From an uncultured Aliarcobacter sp. (GTDB lineage Bacteria; Campylobacterota; Campylobacteria; Campylobacterales; Arcobacteraceae): DNA of 64,000 nt. The notes under the pieces are model-generated. The model ran no database searches and was not told the DNA's origin. It was given only the letters and a program-made list of their open reading frames with translations. The DNA lies in NCBI GenBank assembly GCA_963664305.2, contig CAXXLV010000002.1:1408001-1472000 (forward strand), given 5' to 3'. Below are positions 60,103 through 64,000 of this stretch, piece by piece. Within the stretch, counting starts at the first letter, position 1. Every line of letters begins with the position of its first letter. The position numbers and the translations under genes are program-made.

Positions 60103-61064
60103 TTTTAATATTTTTTATAGCAAGTGAATTGTGTTACTATTTACTAATAGCACAAACAGGTGTTGTTGAATACTTTTCATCAAATTTATTTTTAATAGCT
60201 CCTCTTCCAATTGGAGGAATTATTGGTTCAATATTAGTTTCATATATAAAAATAGATAACAAAAATAAAATATCTTTATTTTTAATTATTCAGTTAATTA
60301 TGAGTTTTATATATCCTCATTTTAATCTTCTAACACTATTTATTTTAGGATTTGCAGTTGGAAGTTTAGCTCCATTAATTATAAATGAAGTGAAAAAAAC
60401 TACATTTTTAGAACTTGGATTGGCATTGTCTTTATCATATGTAACAGGAACTATGCTTTTTAACTATGATGTATCACAAAGAGGATTTATTGCAATTGCA
60501 TTAACAACTATTACACTTATAGCTTCAAGATTTTTACCATCAAAAGATGATGAAAAAGAGTTTGACACAACAAATCATTCATTACTTATAATGATTTTAT
60601 GGGTATTTTTAGATTCAGCACTTTTTGAATCTTTATCAAGAGATTTAACTATTTCTATCTGGAGAGATGGATTTAGTTTTGAAATTGCTTTATTTCACGT
60701 AATTGGAGTTATATGTGCTTTATCGTTTAAAATTGAAAAAAATCAAAAAGAACTTTTGATTTTAACACTATTTGCACTTTCATATCTATTTTATTTTTTA
60801 AGGGAGGGATTTATTTTATCAATTATTTATCCATTCGTAATATCTTATTACAATGTGGTAATACTTCAAACTATTAGAAAAAAAGATTTTAAAACAATCT
60901 CATTTTATATGGTTCTAATAGGATGGATGGCTTCAGGTGGTGGGCTTTTTGTAGCCTTGGCAAATTTAATTCTTTTTGTTCCAATTACTCTTTTATTTGC
61001 GATTTTTAGAGTAATGACAAAAGAATATATACCAAACAATAAGGAGATAAAATGTTTAAATTAG
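60090..61064 (+). CDS. Polytopic membrane protein (MFS-like hydrophobicity pattern)
   Basis: About 11-12 hydrophobic segments in two halves with a charged central loop. Confidence 0.55.
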   Translation: MQRLILIFFIASELCYYLLIAQTGVVEYFSSNLFLIAPLPIGGIIGSILVSYIKIDNKNKISLFLIIQLIMSFIYPHFNLLTLFILGFAVGSLAPLIINEVKKTTFLELGLALSLSYVTGTMLFNYDVSQRGFIAIALTTITLIASRFLPSKDDEKEFDTTNHSLLIMILWVFLDSALFESLSRDLTISIWRDGFSFEIALFHVIGVICALSFKIEKNQKELLILTLFALSYLFYFLREGFILSIIYPFVISYYNVVILQTIRKKDFKTISFYMVLIGWMASGGGLFVALANLILFVPITLLFAIFRVMTKEYIPNNKEIKCLN

Positions 61065-61573
61065 TTCTACTTTCAATTTTGAGTCTAGGTGCCTTTGCTA
61101 ATAGTTTAACTATAACTCAAGGTGAAATATCAGCACATACAGAAGTTTTTGGAGATAGCGAAATCAATCCAGCGACAAAAGAAGTAAAAGCAAATTTATC
61201 AATAGATGATAAAATTGAATCAATCAAAGGAAAAATCTTTTTTGATACATTAAGTCTTGTTAGTCAAAAAAAAGATAGAGATGCTCATATGTATGAATTA
61301 TTAAATGAGCCAAAATTCAAAACTATATCTTTTGATATAAAAAATATCGTAAAAAATGATACAAATTATGATATTAATGGTGTTGTAACATTAAACGGTG
61401 TTTCAAAAGATGTTACAGTAAAAAGTAATATAACAGAACAAAATAATCAAATTTTATTTGATGGTGGATTTTCATTTAATCTAACAGACTTTAATTTAGA
61501 ACCACCAACAATGTTCTTTTTAACAGTTAGAAATCAAATAGATATCTCTTACAAAATTGATTTAAAAAGATAA
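61052..61573 (+). CDS. YceI-family periplasmic lipophilic-ligand-binding protein
   Basis: Signal peptide, RDAHM, G.VTLNGVSK, DFNL.PP. Confidence 0.85.
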   Translation: MFKLVLLSILSLGAFANSLTITQGEISAHTEVFGDSEINPATKEVKANLSIDDKIESIKGKIFFDTLSLVSQKKDRDAHMYELLNEPKFKTISFDIKNIVKNDTNYDINGVVTLNGVSKDVTVKSNITEQNNQILFDGGFSFNLTDFNLEPPTMFFLTVRNQIDISYKIDLKR

Positions 61574-61576
61574 ATT

Positions 61577-62032
61577 ATGTTAAAAAAACTTATATTATCA
61601 GTAATATTTATAAATTGTTTAAGCGCGGGAACTCTAAAAATAGACGATAAAATAAGTAATTTTTCATTAACTGATCAGTTTGATAAAATTCATACAATTA
61701 CATGTGACATTTCAACTATAATTGTAACTTTTCAAAAAAAGACTCTTATGATGGTAAATGATTATTTATCATCAAAGAGTGAAAACTTTTTAGAAAATCA
61801 TCATGCTATTTTCATAAATAATATTTCATCTAGTCCAACTATAATCACAAAAATGTTTACATTACCAAAACTAAGAGATTATAAATATACTATATTACTT
61901 ATTTATGATGAAAGTAATACAAAATTTGAAAAACAAAGTGACAAAATTACAACTTATTCTTTAGAAAATGGCTTTATCAAAAATATAAATTTTATATCTT
62001 CAATAGATGAATTAGACAGAGTTTTAAAATGA
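61577..62032 (+). CDS. Exported protein, redoxin-like fold without CxxC
   Basis: Signal peptide, FSLTDQFDK resembles a peroxiredoxin-fold N-terminus. Confidence 0.5.
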   Translation: MLKKLILSVIFINCLSAGTLKIDDKISNFSLTDQFDKIHTITCDISTIIVTFQKKTLMMVNDYLSSKSENFLENHHAIFINNISSSPTIITKMFTLPKLRDYKYTILLIYDESNTKFEKQSDKITTYSLENGFIKNINFISSIDELDRVLK

Positions 62033-62760
62033 ATTCTATTCCAAATGCAAATATTGTAGAAATAAATGTGGAAAATGAAAAATTAAATGATTTAAAAATT
62101 CTTCATTTAAGTGATTTACATATAAATAAAAAAACTTCTAAAAAAGAGATTTTAGATTTAGTAAATCATTGTAATAGTCTTGAATTTGACTTTTGTGTGA
62201 TTACAGGAGATATAATTGATACAAAAGTTAAATTTATTATAGAGCAACTTAAAATTCTAAATACTTTAAAAAATGAAGTTTTTTATATAAGTGGAAATCA
62301 TGATTTATTTTATGGTTTAGAAGATTTAAAAAAAGAGCTAACTAATTTCATTTTTATGGATAATGAAACTTTTAAAATTAACTATAAAAATGAGATTATA
62401 CATTTAGCAGGATTACCTGATAGATTTTCAAAATTTTTTAAAATAAAAAGAGATGAAAAGAAAATAGAAAATTATTTAAAAAATTCTCCTTCTATTTTTA
62501 TTTCTCACCAACCTAAAGATTATAAAATTGCAACAAATTCTGACTCAAATCTATTTTTATGTGGACATACCCACGGTGGACAGATTTATCCTTTTCATTA
62601 TTTAGTAAGACTTGTTCAACCTTTTTTAGCTGGATTATTTTATAAAAAAAACACTGCAATTTATGTAAATAAAGGTTTAGGATATTGGGGCGTAAATTTT
62701 AGGTATAAAGCCGATGCAGAAATCACTATATTGAAATTAATAACAAAAAGTGTAAAATAA
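62029..62760 (+). CDS. Calcineurin-like metallophosphoesterase (YkuE-like)
   Basis: SDLH, TGD..D, GNHD, SHQP, GHTHGGQ. Confidence 0.9.
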   Translation: MNSIPNANIVEINVENEKLNDLKILHLSDLHINKKTSKKEILDLVNHCNSLEFDFCVITGDIIDTKVKFIIEQLKILNTLKNEVFYISGNHDLFYGLEDLKKELTNFIFMDNETFKINYKNEIIHLAGLPDRFSKFFKIKRDEKKIENYLKNSPSIFISHQPKDYKIATNSDSNLFLCGHTHGGQIYPFHYLVRLVQPFLAGLFYKKNTAIYVNKGLGYWGVNFRYKADAEITILKLITKSVK

Positions 62761-62765
62761 TTTTC

Positions 62766-63434
62766 ATGAAAATATTAATAATTGAAGATGATATAAAAAT
62801 CATAAATTTTTTAAAAAAAGGTTTAGAAGAAGAGTGCTACATAGTTGATTTCTCAACAAATGGTGATGAGGGATTATATTTAGCTAGTGTTAACTCTTAT
62901 GACCTAATCTTACTTGATATTATGCTTCCTATAAAAGATGGAATTGAAGTATGTAAAAGTTTAAGAAGTTCAAATATTCAAACTCCTATAATAATGCTTA
63001 CTGCAAAAGATTCTATTGAAGATAAAATCAAAGGATTGGATATTGGAGCAAATGATTATTTAGCAAAACCTTTTTCATTTGCAGAATTACTTGCACGAAT
63101 TAGAGTTCAATTAAGAACTAATAGCGTAACACAAACAAAACTAACAATTGCAGATTTAGAACTTGATTTATTAAATAAAACAGCCACAAGAGCAAATGAA
63201 AATATAACTCTAACTGCAAAAGAGTTTTCACTTCTTGAATATCTAATAAAAAACAAAAATAGAGTTTTAAGTGAAACAACAATAAATGAGGCTCTTTCTT
63301 CTTTTGAAGATTCTAATATTAGTAATATTGTAAATGTTTATATTTATAGATTAAGAAATAAAATTGATAAAAATTTTGATAAAAAATTAATCAAAACGAT
63401 CAGAGGAATAGGATTTAAAATCAGTGAAGATTAA
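62766..63434 (+). CDS. OmpR-family response regulator
   Basis: IEDD, LDIMLP, LTA, KPF, winged helix LT.KEF.LL..L, NIVNVYIYRLR.K, TIRGIG. Confidence 0.95.
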   Translation: MKILIIEDDIKIINFLKKGLEEECYIVDFSTNGDEGLYLASVNSYDLILLDIMLPIKDGIEVCKSLRSSNIQTPIIMLTAKDSIEDKIKGLDIGANDYLAKPFSFAELLARIRVQLRTNSVTQTKLTIADLELDLLNKTATRANENITLTAKEFSLLEYLIKNKNRVLSETTINEALSSFEDSNISNIVNVYIYRLRNKIDKNFDKKLIKTIRGIGFKISED

Positions 63435-64000
63435 TTTAACAATCAAAAAGAAACTTTTAACTTATCACTTTCTTATTCAAACTTTAGTTTTAATGATTTT
63501 TTCATTTTCATTATATAAGGCTTTAGAAGTTTCAACTACAGATAAACTTGAAGCTACTTTAAAAGTTATCATTCTTGATATAACTGATGATATTTTAGAA
63601 AAAGATAAAATCACAGATAATGTTTTAGATGAAGAGAAAGAGTATAAATTTGAACCTTTATATATTAGAATTTTAGATAATAAAACTCACAAAAAAATAA
63701 CACAAACAAGTAATTTTCCAGATAATATAGAACATGATGACAATTATTTAAATGTTTTAAAAGAAAATATCGTAACTTTTGAAAAACAAAACAACTATTT
63801 AGTAAGTAGGATAAAAATAGATTTCCATGGTGAACAAACAATCATTATTGAAGCTGTAACAACAAAAGATATGCTAACTTCAACATTAGAAAACTTACTA
63901 TATATTTTTTATTTTATACTTCCAATAGTTCTTATTTTTGCAGTAATTGGTGGAAACTTTATAATCTATAAATCATTTTCACCAATTGAAAATATTTTAT
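63424..64000 (+). CDS. Probable sensor histidine kinase, 5' partial (not in ORF track)
   Basis: GTG at 63424 overlapping the regulator; open frame to the window end with TM, periplasmic domain, second TM and ..SFSPIE. Kinase domain is outside the window. Confidence 0.75.
   Translation, partial: MKINLTIKKKLLTYHFLIQTLVLMIFSFSLYKALEVSTTDKLEATLKVIILDITDDILEKDKITDNVLDEEKEYKFEPLYIRILDNKTHKKITQTSNFPDNIEHDDNYLNVLKENIVTFEKQNNYLVSRIKIDFHGEQTIIIEAVTTKDMLTSTLENLLYIFYFILPIVLIFAVIGGNFIIYKSFSPIENIL

Noticed and set aside
1..64000. tRNA, rRNA, IS elements or prophage genes
   Set aside because: No such signatures found by eye; intergenic gaps are short and otherwise accounted for.

Overview
AT-rich bacterial chromosomal segment. 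Gene content, gene order and protein style point to Campylobacterota, most likely Arcobacter/Aliarcobacter; this is an inference, not a database match. It is mostly housekeeping genes: three ackA copies around pta, sppA, aroQ, folK, two tandem mnmA, prs, two OmpA/CadF-like genes, lepA, hisH/hisA, leuA, ftsH, prmA, dus, rlmH, accD, metK, glmS and suhB. Embedded accessory elements: (1) a complete quinohemoprotein amine dehydrogenase (qhp) cluster with a divergent AraC gene (22.7-31.7 kb); (2) a MutS7-type MutS-HNH fusion; (3) an orphan coiled-coil/Zn-ribbon gene flanked by two large palindromic elements after lepA; (4) an unannotated 25-aa Leu-rich leader peptide upstream of leuA; (5) a repeat-built leader with a coupled uORF upstream of metK; (6) the best candidate for an undescribed system, a tightly packed operon (56.8-64 kb) encoding a MacB/HrtB-like ABC transporter, a degenerate heme-copper-oxidase-like membrane protein, YceI and an OmpR-type two-component pair, preceded by an 11-bp-period direct repeat resembling the HssR box. 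No rRNA, tRNA, CRISPR array or transposase was seen.
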